Of a stretch of 64,000 nucleotides of DNA, positions 16,952-26,156 are shown in pieces (positions within the stretch are counted from its first letter, which is position 1; every line of letters starts with the position of its first letter). Made by a program: the position numbers and the translations under genes. The stretch comes from Myxococcota bacterium (GTDB taxonomy: Bacteria; Myxococcota_A; UBA9160; UBA6930), in NCBI GenBank assembly GCA_965223415.1, contig OZ245002.1, forward strand, positions 1,760,001 to 1,824,000. Reading direction: 5' to 3'. The notes below the pieces were generated by a model, which searched no databases, was not told the origin of the DNA, and saw only the letters and a program-made list of their open reading frames with translations.

Positions 16952-17503
16952 TTACACCGGCAGGTCGTCCCTCGTGAAGACGGCCTCGAGCTCGATACCC
17001 CGCTCGGCGAAGGCCTCTGCGGCGCCTTCCCCCCGGTCCACGAGGCAGAGCACGCGGATCACCCTGCCGCCGGCCGCCTCGACGAGCTCGAGGGCCTCGA
17101 GGGTGGAGGCGCCGGTGGTGCAGGTGTCCTCGACCAGGGCGACCTTCTGGCCCGGCGCGAAGCCGCCCTCGATCTGGCGGGTCTTGCCGTGCTTCTTCGT
17201 CTCCTTGCGCACGAAGAAGCCCTGGAGCTTCGTGCCGGGATCGTGGTGCGCGGCGGCCGAGAGCACCGCCGAGACGAGCGGCACGGCGCCCACCGCCATC
17301 CCGCCCACGGCGTCGACCCACGGTCCGATCATCAGCCGGCCCAGGACCTGCTCGCCGGCCAGCTTCTGGCCCTGGGGCGTCATCAGGGGAATGCGGCAAT
17401 CGAGGTAGAAGCCCGATTTCTTCCCGCTGGAGAGCGTGATCTCACGCTCCTCGAACGTGGCGAGGATCATGTCGAGGAGCTTCTGGCGTTCTTCTTCGTA
17501 CAT
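16952..17503 (-). CDS. pyrE: Orotate phosphoribosyltransferase
   Basis: LSSGKKSGFYLDCR, VRKETKKHG and VALVEDTCTTGAS. Confidence 0.92.
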   Translation of the reverse strand: MYEEERQKLLDMILATFEEREITLSSGKKSGFYLDCRIPLMTPQGQKLAGEQVLGRLMIGPWVDAVGGMAVGAVPLVSAVLSAAAHHDPGTKLQGFFVRKETKKHGKTRQIEGGFAPGQKVALVEDTCTTGASTLEALELVEAAGGRVIRVLCLVDRGEGAAEAFAERGIELEAVFTRDDLPV

Positions 17504-18681
17504 CACTGCTTCCGGATGCCGAGCATGAACTCGGCGATCATCTTGGTGTGGAGCTCGCTCGTGCCCTCGCCGAACTCCAGGGACTTGGCCTCGAGGAGCA
17601 AGCGCCCCACCTCGTACTCCTCGGAGAGCCCGTAGCCTCCGTGGATCTGGATCGCGTCGAGGGCGTTCTGGACGGCGGCCTGGCTCGCCATCAGCTTCGC
17701 CATCGAGCTCTCCATCGAGGCGCGCGGAGCCCCGGCGTCCTTCATGCGACCGAGCTGATAGACGGCGTTGCGGGCGGCCTGGGTGCGGCAGGTCATGTCG
17801 GCGATCTTCTGCTGGACCATCTGGAACTCGCCGATCCGCTGGCCGAAGGCCTCCCGCTCGAGGGCGTAGGGCAGGGCCAGGTCGATGCAGCGCTGGGCCT
17901 GACCGACGCAGCGGGCCGCCACCGAGAAGCGGCCCGTGTCGAGGGCCGAGCCGAGCACGGGGAAGCCCTTCCCGGGCTCGCCCAGGATGGCGTCTTCCGG
18001 GATGAAGGCGTCCTCGAAGTGCACCTCGGCGAGCTTGTCGCGCTTCAGCGTGCGCATCGGGAAGGCGCCGATGGTGATGCCCTCGGTCTCGCGGGGGTCG
18101 ACCAGGAAGGCGGTCACGCCGCCGTGCTTCCGGGCGAGGTCCACGCTCGCCACCACGAAGAAGAGCCCGGCGTGGTCGGCGTGGGAGATGAAGACCTTCG
18201 TGCCGTTCAGCTTCCAGCCGCCGTCGACCTTCGTAGCGGTCGTCTTCATGTTGCCGAGATCGGTGCCGCCGCCGGGCTCGGTCAGGCAGGCCGAGCAGAG
18301 GCACGAGCCGTCGGCCACCTGCGGCAGCCAGCGCTGCTTCTGCTCCTCGGTGCCGAACTTCAGGATCGAGCCGGCGACCAGCGAGTTGGCCACCGAGACC
18401 ACCGAGGCGACCACCCAGTCGACCCGGGCCAGCTCCTCCATCAGGATCCCGTAGCTGACGACGTCCTGGAAGGCGCCGCCGTACTCCTCAGGGATCATCG
18501 GCGCCATGAAGCCCAGGGGCGGGAGCTTTGCGACGAGCTCGAGGGGGTAGCGCTCCTCCCGCTCGTACTGCTCGACGTGGGGGAGGATCTCCTTCTCGGC
18601 GAACTCCCGGACCGCCTGGCGCACCTGCCGCTGCTCGGGGGTGAGATCGAAGTCGGCCAGGCGGTCGAGGGGGGTCTGCAA
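17503..18681 (-). CDS. Acyl-CoA dehydrogenase
   Basis: CLTEPGGGTD, LNGTKVFIS, REAFGQRI, IQIHGGYG and EGTSE. TTG start follows GGAGG. Confidence 0.92.
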   Translation of the reverse strand: MQTPLDRLADFDLTPEQRQVRQAVREFAEKEILPHVEQYEREERYPLELVAKLPPLGFMAPMIPEEYGGAFQDVVSYGILMEELARVDWVVASVVSVANSLVAGSILKFGTEEQKQRWLPQVADGSCLCSACLTEPGGGTDLGNMKTTATKVDGGWKLNGTKVFISHADHAGLFFVVASVDLARKHGGVTAFLVDPRETEGITIGAFPMRTLKRDKLAEVHFEDAFIPEDAILGEPGKGFPVLGSALDTGRFSVAARCVGQAQRCIDLALPYALEREAFGQRIGEFQMVQQKIADMTCRTQAARNAVYQLGRMKDAGAPRASMESSMAKLMASQAAVQNALDAIQIHGGYGLSEEYEVGRLLLEAKSLEFGEGTSELHTKMIAEFMLGIRKQ

Positions 18682-18764
18682 GGGGCCTCCAGGGGTCAGG
18701 GGCGCCCGGGACTGTAGATTTTTCCTGGGGTTTCGCCTAGTTTGCCCGTCCCCGCGAGGACCCC

Positions 18765-18893
18765 ATGCGCAAGAGCACCAAGCTCCCCCATCGGAACCGC
18801 AGCCGCAGCGCGCGCCACCGCAGCAAGCTGCGCCGGAAGCTGCAGCGCCGCCGGCTCCGCCAGAGCCGCGGGGGACGCAAGTTCCACCGCTGA
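18765..18893 (+). CDS. 42-aa highly basic small protein (unknown function)
   Basis: MRKSTKLPHRNRSRSARHRSKLRRKLQRRRLRQSRGGRKFHR. GAGGA RBS. 40 of 42 codons end in G or C. Confidence 0.65.
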   Translation: MRKSTKLPHRNRSRSARHRSKLRRKLQRRRLRQSRGGRKFHR

Positions 18894-18950
18894 CCCGGCC
18901 GACGCTGGAGCGGCTCGGCGTTAGACTCCCCCGCATCGACGAGGGGTCGA

Positions 18951-20597
18951 TTGAACGAGCAGCTCTTCCTGGCGACGGGCGTCGTGTTCGTCGTGTTGGT
19001 GACCGTGGCCATGCTCCGTGTGGAAGCGCGGAGGGGCGGCGCAGCGTGGGCTGCCTCCTGGATCTGCCTCTACCTCTCGGGCATGGCTGCGCTCTTCGCC
19101 GAGCGGTGGCCGGCCTTGGGCCCGCTCTACGCGGTGCTCGGTACCTGCTTCGCCGCTCTGCTCTGGATCGGCGCCCGGTACTTCGCGGGCAAGGGCCTGC
19201 CCGGGTGGTTCCTGCCGGTGGTGGGCGGCGTCGTCCTCGTGCGTGCGGCGGCGCATCCCTTCCTCCCGGAGGCCGGCGTCCAGGTCGTCGGGTCGAGCCT
19301 GGTGACCCTGGGCGCACTGTGGGCGGCGTGGGAGGTCGGGAAGGCCTCGCTCACACCGGAAGGCAGCGCGGGCGATTGCGTGCTCGCCACGAGCTTCACG
19401 CTGCTGGCTGCGACGAGCTGGGTCTACGCCTGGTGGAAGGTGACCGGTACCACCGCGAACGGCTTCTACCTCTGGCTCGTGGCGGGCATCCTGGTATCGG
19501 GCCTCCAGACCGGTGCGCTCATGGCGCGGGTCTCCCGCTCCGTCGAGCGCGGGCGCGGTGCGCTGGCGGCGCTCTTCGACTCGGTACCGATCGGCCTCGT
19601 GCTCTCGGGGGTCGACGGCGCGGTCAAGGTGACGAACCGGGTCATGGCGGAGATGGTCGGCGGCGAGCCCGCCGACGCCTGGCCCAGGCGCCCCGTGGCC
19701 GACCTCCTCGCGCGCCTCGATCCCGGCCGTCCGTCGGCTCCGGCGAGCCTGGCAGACCCCTGGGCGGGGGTGCGGAACGAAGAGCTCCGCCCCTCGGACC
19801 AACGCGTGATCGAGGCCCAGGGCCGTCCCGTCGAGGCCGAGGACGGCGAGATCGTGGGGCGCCTGATCCTGGCTCGCGACGTGACCCACGAGCGGCGGAT
19901 GCAGGAGCAGCTGCAACGCTCCGGGCGGCTCGAGACCCTCGGACGCCTGGCCGGCGGCATCGCCCACGACTTCAACAACAAGCTCACCACGGTCCTCGGC
20001 AACGCGGCGTTGGTTCGCTCGAGCCTGCCGCCCGGCCACCCCCAGCACGCCGCGCTGGCGGATCTCGAGAGCGCGGCCATCGCCTGCGCCGATCTGACCA
20101 ACGACCTGCTCGACTTCTCGAAGCGGGGCCCGCGGGCGCTGCGGCCGGTCGCCCTCGCTCCGCTGCTCGAGCAGCTCGCCGGCGAGTTCGCGAGCCAGCT
20201 GGGGGACGACGTGAAGCTCGAGATACAGATCGCACCGGACCTGGGCCTGCTGCGCGCGGATCCGAAGCAGCTCGAGCGCGTGCTCACGAACCTGATGCTG
20301 AACGCCCGCGACGCGGTGGGGCAGAGTGGGCGCGTCGCCCTCTCCGCCGCACGCGCCCGGCGAACGCGCCGGGAGGTGATCGAGATCGCCATCTCGGACG
20401 ACGGGACGGGCATGGACGACGAGACCCGACAGCGCATCTTCGACCCCTTCTTCTCCACCAAGGGGAGCGGGACCGTCGCGACCGGCCTGGGCCTCGCGAT
20501 CGTCCACGGGATCGTCGCCTCCCACGACGGAGAGATCCACGTGGAGAGCCTCCCGGGCCGCGGCACCCGGGTGGTGACGACCTGGCCGACGGCCTAG
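18951..20597 (+). CDS. Multi-TM sensor histidine kinase (PAS-like plus HisKA-HATPase)
   Basis: GGIAHDFNN, NLMLNARDA, DDGTGM, FDPFFSTK and GLGLA. Hydrophobic N-terminal third. Confidence 0.9.
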   Translation: MNEQLFLATGVVFVVLVTVAMLRVEARRGGAAWAASWICLYLSGMAALFAERWPALGPLYAVLGTCFAALLWIGARYFAGKGLPGWFLPVVGGVVLVRAAAHPFLPEAGVQVVGSSLVTLGALWAAWEVGKASLTPEGSAGDCVLATSFTLLAATSWVYAWWKVTGTTANGFYLWLVAGILVSGLQTGALMARVSRSVERGRGALAALFDSVPIGLVLSGVDGAVKVTNRVMAEMVGGEPADAWPRRPVADLLARLDPGRPSAPASLADPWAGVRNEELRPSDQRVIEAQGRPVEAEDGEIVGRLILARDVTHERRMQEQLQRSGRLETLGRLAGGIAHDFNNKLTTVLGNAALVRSSLPPGHPQHAALADLESAAIACADLTNDLLDFSKRGPRALRPVALAPLLEQLAGEFASQLGDDVKLEIQIAPDLGLLRADPKQLERVLTNLMLNARDAVGQSGRVALSAARARRTRREVIEIAISDDGTGMDDETRQRIFDPFFSTKGSGTVATGLGLAIVHGIVASHDGEIHVESLPGRGTRVVTTWPTA

Positions 20598-21511
20598 TCC
20601 GAGCGCACGGCGGCGGCGAGGGCACCGACGGCCGCCTCCAGCATCCGGTCGAAGGCGCGCTCCCACGCCCGCGGGTCGGCGACCGCGCCGTCCTCCGGGA
20701 AGAGGACGCCGCGGGACGAGCTCACGACGCCACCTTCGAGCAGCCCGTCGGGGCCCGGGACGAAGCCGGCGACCGCGTCCTCGGCCCCGCCACCCTGGAC
20801 GCCGAAGCCGGGGACGAGCAGCAGGTTCGTCGGCATGCGCTCGCGGGCGCGCCGGGCCTCGGCCGGCCAGGTCGCGCCGAGCACGGCGCCGACGCCGGAC
20901 CACCCGGTGGCGGCCCCGGCGAGGCGCGGGGCGGCCTCGGCGAGCCGGGCGGCTACATGGGCGTGGATCGGCTGGCCGTCGGCATGGCGATCCTGGAAGT
21001 CTCCGGAGCCGGGATTGCTGGTCTTCACCAGGACGAAGAGACCCGTGCCGCTGGCCTCGGCCGCGGCCAGGAAGGGCTCCACGGTGTCGATCCCGAGGTA
21101 GGGGCTCACGGTGACGGCGTCGGCACGGAGCGGCGCGTCCTCGGCGAGGTAGGCGGCGGCGTAACCCTCGGCCGTGGAGCCGATGTCCCCGCGCTTCGCG
21201 TCGAGGATCACCAGGAGATCGCGCTCCCGCGCGCCCCGCAGCACGCGGTCGAGCACCTCGATGCCGCGCCATCCGAGCCGCTCGAAGAAGGCGCTCTGGG
21301 GCTTCACGCAGGCGACGCGTCCGGCCACCCGGTCGAGCACGGCGAAACAGAAGTCGGCGACGGCGTCGGCCGTTTCCTTGGCCGCGGGCTCCATCCCGCC
21401 GCGACGGAAGGAAGGCGGGATCCGCTCGAGATGGGGATCGAGGCCGACACAGAGCGGGTGGCCGAGCGCGCGAACCCGCAGGATGAGGCGATCGGCGAAG
21501 GCTTCGACCAT
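20594..21511 (-). CDS. pyrF: Orotidine-5'-phosphate decarboxylase
   Basis: LCVGLDP, KPQSAFFE, LDAKRGDIGST and LVPGFGVQGG. Confidence 0.95.
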   Translation of the reverse strand: MVEAFADRLILRVRALGHPLCVGLDPHLERIPPSFRRGGMEPAAKETADAVADFCFAVLDRVAGRVACVKPQSAFFERLGWRGIEVLDRVLRGARERDLLVILDAKRGDIGSTAEGYAAAYLAEDAPLRADAVTVSPYLGIDTVEPFLAAAEASGTGLFVLVKTSNPGSGDFQDRHADGQPIHAHVAARLAEAAPRLAGAATGWSGVGAVLGATWPAEARRARERMPTNLLLVPGFGVQGGGAEDAVAGFVPGPDGLLEGGVVSSSRGVLFPEDGAVADPRAWERAFDRMLEAAVGALAAAVRSD

Positions 21512-21553
21512 GCGACGGCCAAGGTAACGAAACCGCTACCTTCGCGCCCCGCC

Positions 21554-22663
21554 ATGGCCTTCCGCTTCACCCTCCAGCGCAGCGACGGCGCCGCGCGCGC
21601 CGGCGTGTTCGCGACACCCCACGGTGACGTCCATACGCCGGCCTTCATGGTCGTCGGCACCCAGGCGGCGGTGCGCGCCATGACGCCGACGCAGGTGCGC
21701 GAGACCGGCGCCGAGGTGGTGCTCGCGAACACCTACCACGTGGCGCTGCGGCCCGGCGAGGGGCTGGTGCAGAAGATGGGCGGGCTCCACGCCTTCATGG
21801 CCTGGGACCGGCCCATCCTCACCGACAGCGGCGGCTTCCAGGTGTTCTCCCTGCCCAACAAGGAGATCAGCGACCGGGGCGTGCGCTTCAAGAACGAGGT
21901 GGACGGCAGCGAGGTGGATCTCACGCCCGAGCGCTCGATCGAGATCCAGAACGCGCTCGGCGCCGACGTGATCATGGCCTTCGACGAGTGCACGCCCTTC
22001 CCCGCCGACGAGGCGCTCGCCGCCACCGGCGTGAGGCGAACCCTCTCCTGGACCCTTCGCTGCGCGAAGGCCCACGCGCGGCCGCGGGACCAGGCGCTCT
22101 TCGGCATCGTGCAGGGCAGCACCTACGAGCACCTGCGCAGCGCCTGCGCGGAAGCGCTGGTGGCGATGGACCTGCCGGGCTATGCGATCGGCGGCGTTTC
22201 GGTGGGCGAGGGACACGAGCTCTTGTGCCGCATCACCTCCCACACGGCGCCGCTCCTCCCGGAGCGCAAGCCCCGCTACCTGATGGGCGTCGGCCTGCCC
22301 GAAGACCTGATCGCCGCGATCGGCTACGGGATCGATCTCTTCGACTGCGTGATCCCGACGCGATACGCGCGCTCCGCCAGCGTGTTCACCCGGCGCGGTC
22401 GCATCCGGCTCACCCAGCGGCGCTACCGGCGCGACGGCTACCCGATCGATCCCTCCTGCGACTGCACCGCCTGCACCGGCGGCTTCACCCGCGCCTACCT
22501 GCACCACCTGTTCCAGGCGAATGAGATCCTCTCGGCGATCCTCGCCTCGATCCACAACGTGCGCTTCTACCAGCGCCTCGTGCAGGACGCGCGCGAGGCG
22601 ATCCTCGCCGGCGGCTTCGAAGCGTGGCGAGAGGCGTTCCTGGCGGAGTACGCATCGGCGTAG
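21554..22663 (+). CDS. tgt: tRNA-guanine transglycosylase
   Basis: TPAFMVVGT, LANTYH, TDSGGFQVFSL, FDCVIPTR and Zn site CDCTAC...HN. Confidence 0.95.
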   Translation: MAFRFTLQRSDGAARAGVFATPHGDVHTPAFMVVGTQAAVRAMTPTQVRETGAEVVLANTYHVALRPGEGLVQKMGGLHAFMAWDRPILTDSGGFQVFSLPNKEISDRGVRFKNEVDGSEVDLTPERSIEIQNALGADVIMAFDECTPFPADEALAATGVRRTLSWTLRCAKAHARPRDQALFGIVQGSTYEHLRSACAEALVAMDLPGYAIGGVSVGEGHELLCRITSHTAPLLPERKPRYLMGVGLPEDLIAAIGYGIDLFDCVIPTRYARSASVFTRRGRIRLTQRRYRRDGYPIDPSCDCTACTGGFTRAYLHHLFQANEILSAILASIHNVRFYQRLVQDAREAILAGGFEAWREAFLAEYASA

Positions 22664-22702
22664 GCTGGCGGGCGGCGGCGAATCCGTCACCTTCCCGGAC
22701 CC

Positions 22703-23797
22703 ATGGCACTGCGCTGCGGCATCGTGGGCCTCCCGAACGTCGGCAAGAGCACGCTCTTCAACGCGCTCACCGAGGCCGGGATCGCGGCCGAGAACTACCC
22801 GTTCTGCACCATCGAGCCGAACTCGGGCATCGTGCCCGTGCCGGACGAGCGGCTGGGGGGCCTCGACGCCATCGTGCACGCCCAGCAAGTCGTTCCCGCG
22901 ACGGTCGAGTTCACGGACATCGCCGGGCTGGTGCGCGGCGCCTCCCGGGGCGAAGGCCTCGGCAACCAGTTCCTGGCGAACATTCGCGAGACCGCGGCCG
23001 TTGTCCACGTGGTGCGCTGTTTCGAGGACGACGACGTCACCCACGTCGAGGGCAGCGTGGACCCGCTACGGGACGTGGAGACCATCGAGACCGAGCTCGG
23101 CCTGGCGGACCTCGAGACCGTGGAGAAGCGGCTCGACCGGGCGCAGCGCGCGGCCAAGGCGGGGCGCAAGGAGGACCGGGAGGAGGCGGCCTTCTTCGAG
23201 GCGCTGCTCGCGCACCTCTCGGAAGGGAGCCCGGCCAGGAGCTTCGAGGTTCCCGCCGAACAGGCCCAGACCTTTCGCGAGAGCTTCCTGCTGACCGCGA
23301 AGCCGGTCCTGTACGTCGCGAATGTGGACGAGGACGGGCTCACGGAGGGCAACGAGGCGGTGCGAGCCCTGGAGGAATACGCTGCGAAGGTGGGCGCGGG
23401 CGTCGTGCGCATCTGCGCGAAGGTCGAGGCGGAGCTGGCCGAGCTCGACGCGGAGGAGAAGCGGGAGTTCCTCGACGATCTGGGCCTCGCGGAGCCGGGC
23501 CTCCACCGCCTGGCCCGAGCCGCCTACGACCTGCTCGAGCTGATCACCTACCTGACGGCGGGGGAGAAGGAGGTGCGCGCCTGGACCGTGCGCCGGGGCA
23601 CCCACGCGCCCCAGGCGGCCGGCGAGATCCACACGGACTTCGAGCGCACCTTCATCCGGGCCGAGGTGATCCCCTACGATGACTACGTCGCGTGCGGGGG
23701 AGAGAACGAAGCCAAGGCCCGCGGCAAGATGCGGGCGGAAGGGAAGGATTACGTGGTGCAGGACGGTGACGTCATCCTCTTCCGGGTGGGCGCCTGA
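22703..23797 (+). CDS. ychF: Redox-regulated ATPase YchF
   Basis: GIVGLPNVGKSTLFNA, NYPFCTIEPN, DIAGLV and GEGLGNQFL. Confidence 0.97.
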   Translation: MALRCGIVGLPNVGKSTLFNALTEAGIAAENYPFCTIEPNSGIVPVPDERLGGLDAIVHAQQVVPATVEFTDIAGLVRGASRGEGLGNQFLANIRETAAVVHVVRCFEDDDVTHVEGSVDPLRDVETIETELGLADLETVEKRLDRAQRAAKAGRKEDREEAAFFEALLAHLSEGSPARSFEVPAEQAQTFRESFLLTAKPVLYVANVDEDGLTEGNEAVRALEEYAAKVGAGVVRICAKVEAELAELDAEEKREFLDDLGLAEPGLHRLARAAYDLLELITYLTAGEKEVRAWTVRRGTHAPQAAGEIHTDFERTFIRAEVIPYDDYVACGGENEAKARGKMRAEGKDYVVQDGDVILFRVGA

Positions 23798-23822
23798 TGC
23801 CCGTCCATGTGGCGGCTGCCTG

Positions 23823-24305
23823 ATGCCCACCGACTTCCTCACGCCCGAGGAGGTGCTCGCCCGATACACCGCGGGGCCCAAGACGGGCGTCTTCACCGAC
23901 GGCTCCTGCGAAGGCAACCCGGGCCCCGGCGGCTGGGGCTTCGTCTGGGTCGAGGACGACGAGATCCGTGCCGAGCGCTCGGGCCACGATCCCCAGACGA
24001 CGAACAACCGCATGGAGCTCACCGCGCTGATCGAGGCCTACAAGGCGCTGTCCGAGGACGCCGAGATCACCGTCCATTCCGACAGCCAGCTCTGCGTCAA
24101 GACCGTCAACGAGTGGGCCGCCGGCTGGGAGCGCCGGGGCTGGAAGCGCAAGACCGGCCCCATCGCGAACCTCGAGCTCGTGCAGCAGCTCTACGCCCTG
24201 GCGAACGCCCACCCCGGAGTGACCCTCCAGTGGATCAAGGCCCACGACGGCAGCCGCTGGAACGAGTACGCCGACGCCCTCGCCTCCAGCTTCGAAGACC
24301 GCTGA
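23823..24305 (+). CDS. rnhA: Ribonuclease HI
   Basis: FTDGSCEGNPGPGGW, TTNNRMEL, SDSQL and WIKAH...NEYADALA. Confidence 0.92.
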   Translation: MPTDFLTPEEVLARYTAGPKTGVFTDGSCEGNPGPGGWGFVWVEDDEIRAERSGHDPQTTNNRMELTALIEAYKALSEDAEITVHSDSQLCVKTVNEWAAGWERRGWKRKTGPIANLELVQQLYALANAHPGVTLQWIKAHDGSRWNEYADALASSFEDR

Positions 24306-24316
24306 CGTTGCGTCGG

Positions 24317-24393
24317 GTGTTGCGTTAGGGGCCGGTTCCGTTTGTTGCGTTGCGAAGCAACGCAACAAACGGAACCGGCCCCTAACGCAACAC
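24317..24393. repeat. REP-like palindrome, family B (37-bp stem, GAA loop)
   Basis: gtgttgcgttaggggccggttccgtttgttgcgttgc-gaa-reverse complement. Confidence 0.9.
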
Positions 24394-25575
24394 GCCGTTC
24401 TGGCGGAGGGCGGCGAGCGCCTCGTCGGCGAGGCCCAGCTCTTCGCGGAGGACTTCGTCGCTGTGCTCGCCGAGGAGGGGGGCGCGGGTCATCTCGACCT
24501 CGCTGGCCGAGAGGCGGGGCGCGAAGCCGAGCAGCCGGACGCGGCCGCGCTCCGGGTGCTCCACCTCCTGGACGAAGCCGCGCTCCAGCAGATGGGGGTC
24601 GTGGTGGAGATCGCGGGTATCGAGAATCGCCGAGCAGGGAACGCCCGCCTTGCCGAGGACCTCCATCACCTCGTACTTCGTGCGCTCGCGGATCCAGGCG
24701 GTCACCTCTTCGCGCAGGGCCTCGCCGTTCTCCATCCGCGCCGCCTCGGTCTCGAAGCGCGGATCCACCAGCATGTCCAGGCGCTCCATCGCCATGCACA
24801 GGTGGTCCCAGTGCCGATTCGTCACGGTGATCAGGTAGGCGTAGTCGTTCGCGCCGAAGGGCTTGCAGGGATAGAGCCCGGTCGGCGAAGAGCCCATCGT
24901 GTTGCCGATGCGCGGCACCACCTGCTCGCCGAAGTCCGACGCGAAGGAAATGCGCGTGCGCATGAAGTAGGTCATCGCCTCCTGCATCGAGATCTCGATC
25001 TGCTGCCCCTCGCCGGTGCGCATGCGCTGAATCACGGCGGCGAGGATCGCCACGGCGAGCTGCACGCCGGTGCCCGAATCGGCGGTCGTCGGCCCGGGGA
25101 GCATCGGCGGCCCGTCGAACTCCCCGGTCACCGAGAAGGTCCCCGCGGCGGCCTGGGCGATCATGTCGTAGCTCTTGTACTCCGCGTAGGGCCCGGAGCC
25201 GCCGAAGCCCTTGATCTGAGCGTAGATGATCCCGGGATGCGCGGCCTTGAGGGTCTCGTACTCGAGGCCCATCCGCTCCACGACACCGGGCCCGTAGTTC
25301 TCGACGAAGACGTCGAAGCGCGGCGCCAGCTTCAGCAGGATGTCTCGCCCTTCGGCCGTGGTGAGGTCGAGGGCGAGGCTGCGCTTGTTCGCGTTCCAGT
25401 TGCAGAAGTAGGGCGAGTAGTCGCCGCCCACCACGAGCGTGCGCCCCGGATCGCCGTGCTTGGGCGCCTCCACCTTCACGACGTCGGCGCCGAGCCAGGC
25501 CAGGGCCTGGGTGCAGGAGGTGCCCGCCTCGTACTGGGTCATATCGAGAATGCGCAGACCGTCGAGAGCCGCCAT
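24382..25575 (-). CDS. CaiB/BaiF (family III) CoA-transferase, formyl-CoA-transferase-like
   Basis: LRILDMTQYEAGTSCTQALAWLGADV, NANKRS, VENYGPG and ADSGTG. Confidence 0.9.
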   Translation of the reverse strand: MAALDGLRILDMTQYEAGTSCTQALAWLGADVVKVEAPKHGDPGRTLVVGGDYSPYFCNWNANKRSLALDLTTAEGRDILLKLAPRFDVFVENYGPGVVERMGLEYETLKAAHPGIIYAQIKGFGGSGPYAEYKSYDMIAQAAAGTFSVTGEFDGPPMLPGPTTADSGTGVQLAVAILAAVIQRMRTGEGQQIEISMQEAMTYFMRTRISFASDFGEQVVPRIGNTMGSSPTGLYPCKPFGANDYAYLITVTNRHWDHLCMAMERLDMLVDPRFETEAARMENGEALREEVTAWIRERTKYEVMEVLGKAGVPCSAILDTRDLHHDPHLLERGFVQEVEHPERGRVRLLGFAPRLSASEVEMTRAPLLGEHSDEVLREELGLADEALAALRQNGVLR

Positions 25576-25589
25576 GGGAGCCTCCTCCG

Positions 25590-26156
25590 TCAGGCCGAGA
25601 GGGTACGCCGCCCGGTGGCTCTCCGCGCCAGGAGCCACGCGACGCCCGCGCACACCAGGATCGGCGCCGCCGCGTAGCTGCCCTCGAAGGACGCCGGGAA
25701 GCGCAGGCCGGTCGCCGCCAGGGTGGCGTCGTCGGCATGGGCGCGGATCCAGCCGAGGGCGAGCCAGAACCCCGGGTTCCAGTGCAGCGCCCGGTGCAGA
25801 CCGGCCGGCAGCACGAAGAGCAGCGCCGGAAGCGCCGCGATGCCGAGCCCGAGGGCCGCCGTCTGGGCGGCCTTGGCTTGCGTCGCGCGGGTCGCCACGG
25901 CGAAGGCGAGCAGGTTGCCCGCCAGCGCCGCACCGAGCAGGAGCCCGCAGAAGAGTGCCGGCCGCACCAACGGGAGCCCGTGCAGCGCGAAGCCCAGCCA
26001 GCCTATGGGCACGGCGATCGCCACGCACACCAGGGCGTGGCGCAGCCCCGGAAGCACCCCGCTGCGCCGCCAGTGGGTGCCGGCAGCGAGGCCCACCGCG
26101 AGCACGCCCGCCAGCGGAAGCACCGGCGAACGGAACAGCGCCTCGAACTCGTTCAC
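25590..26156 (-). CDS. Hypothetical multi-pass membrane protein
   Basis: Several hydrophobic helices. GTG start overlaps the nitroreductase stop. Confidence 0.55.
   Translation of the reverse strand: MNEFEALFRSPVLPLAGVLAVGLAAGTHWRRSGVLPGLRHALVCVAIAVPIGWLGFALHGLPLVRPALFCGLLLGAALAGNLLAFAVATRATQAKAAQTAALGLGIAALPALLFVLPAGLHRALHWNPGFWLALGWIRAHADDATLAATGLRFPASFEGSYAAAPILVCAGVAWLLARRATGRRTLSA

Noticed and set aside
18641..22663. 1340-aa ORF as a giant Tgt fusion
   Set aside because: Only 21554-22663 is Tgt. The upstream part is off-frame over the kinase and antisense to pyrF.
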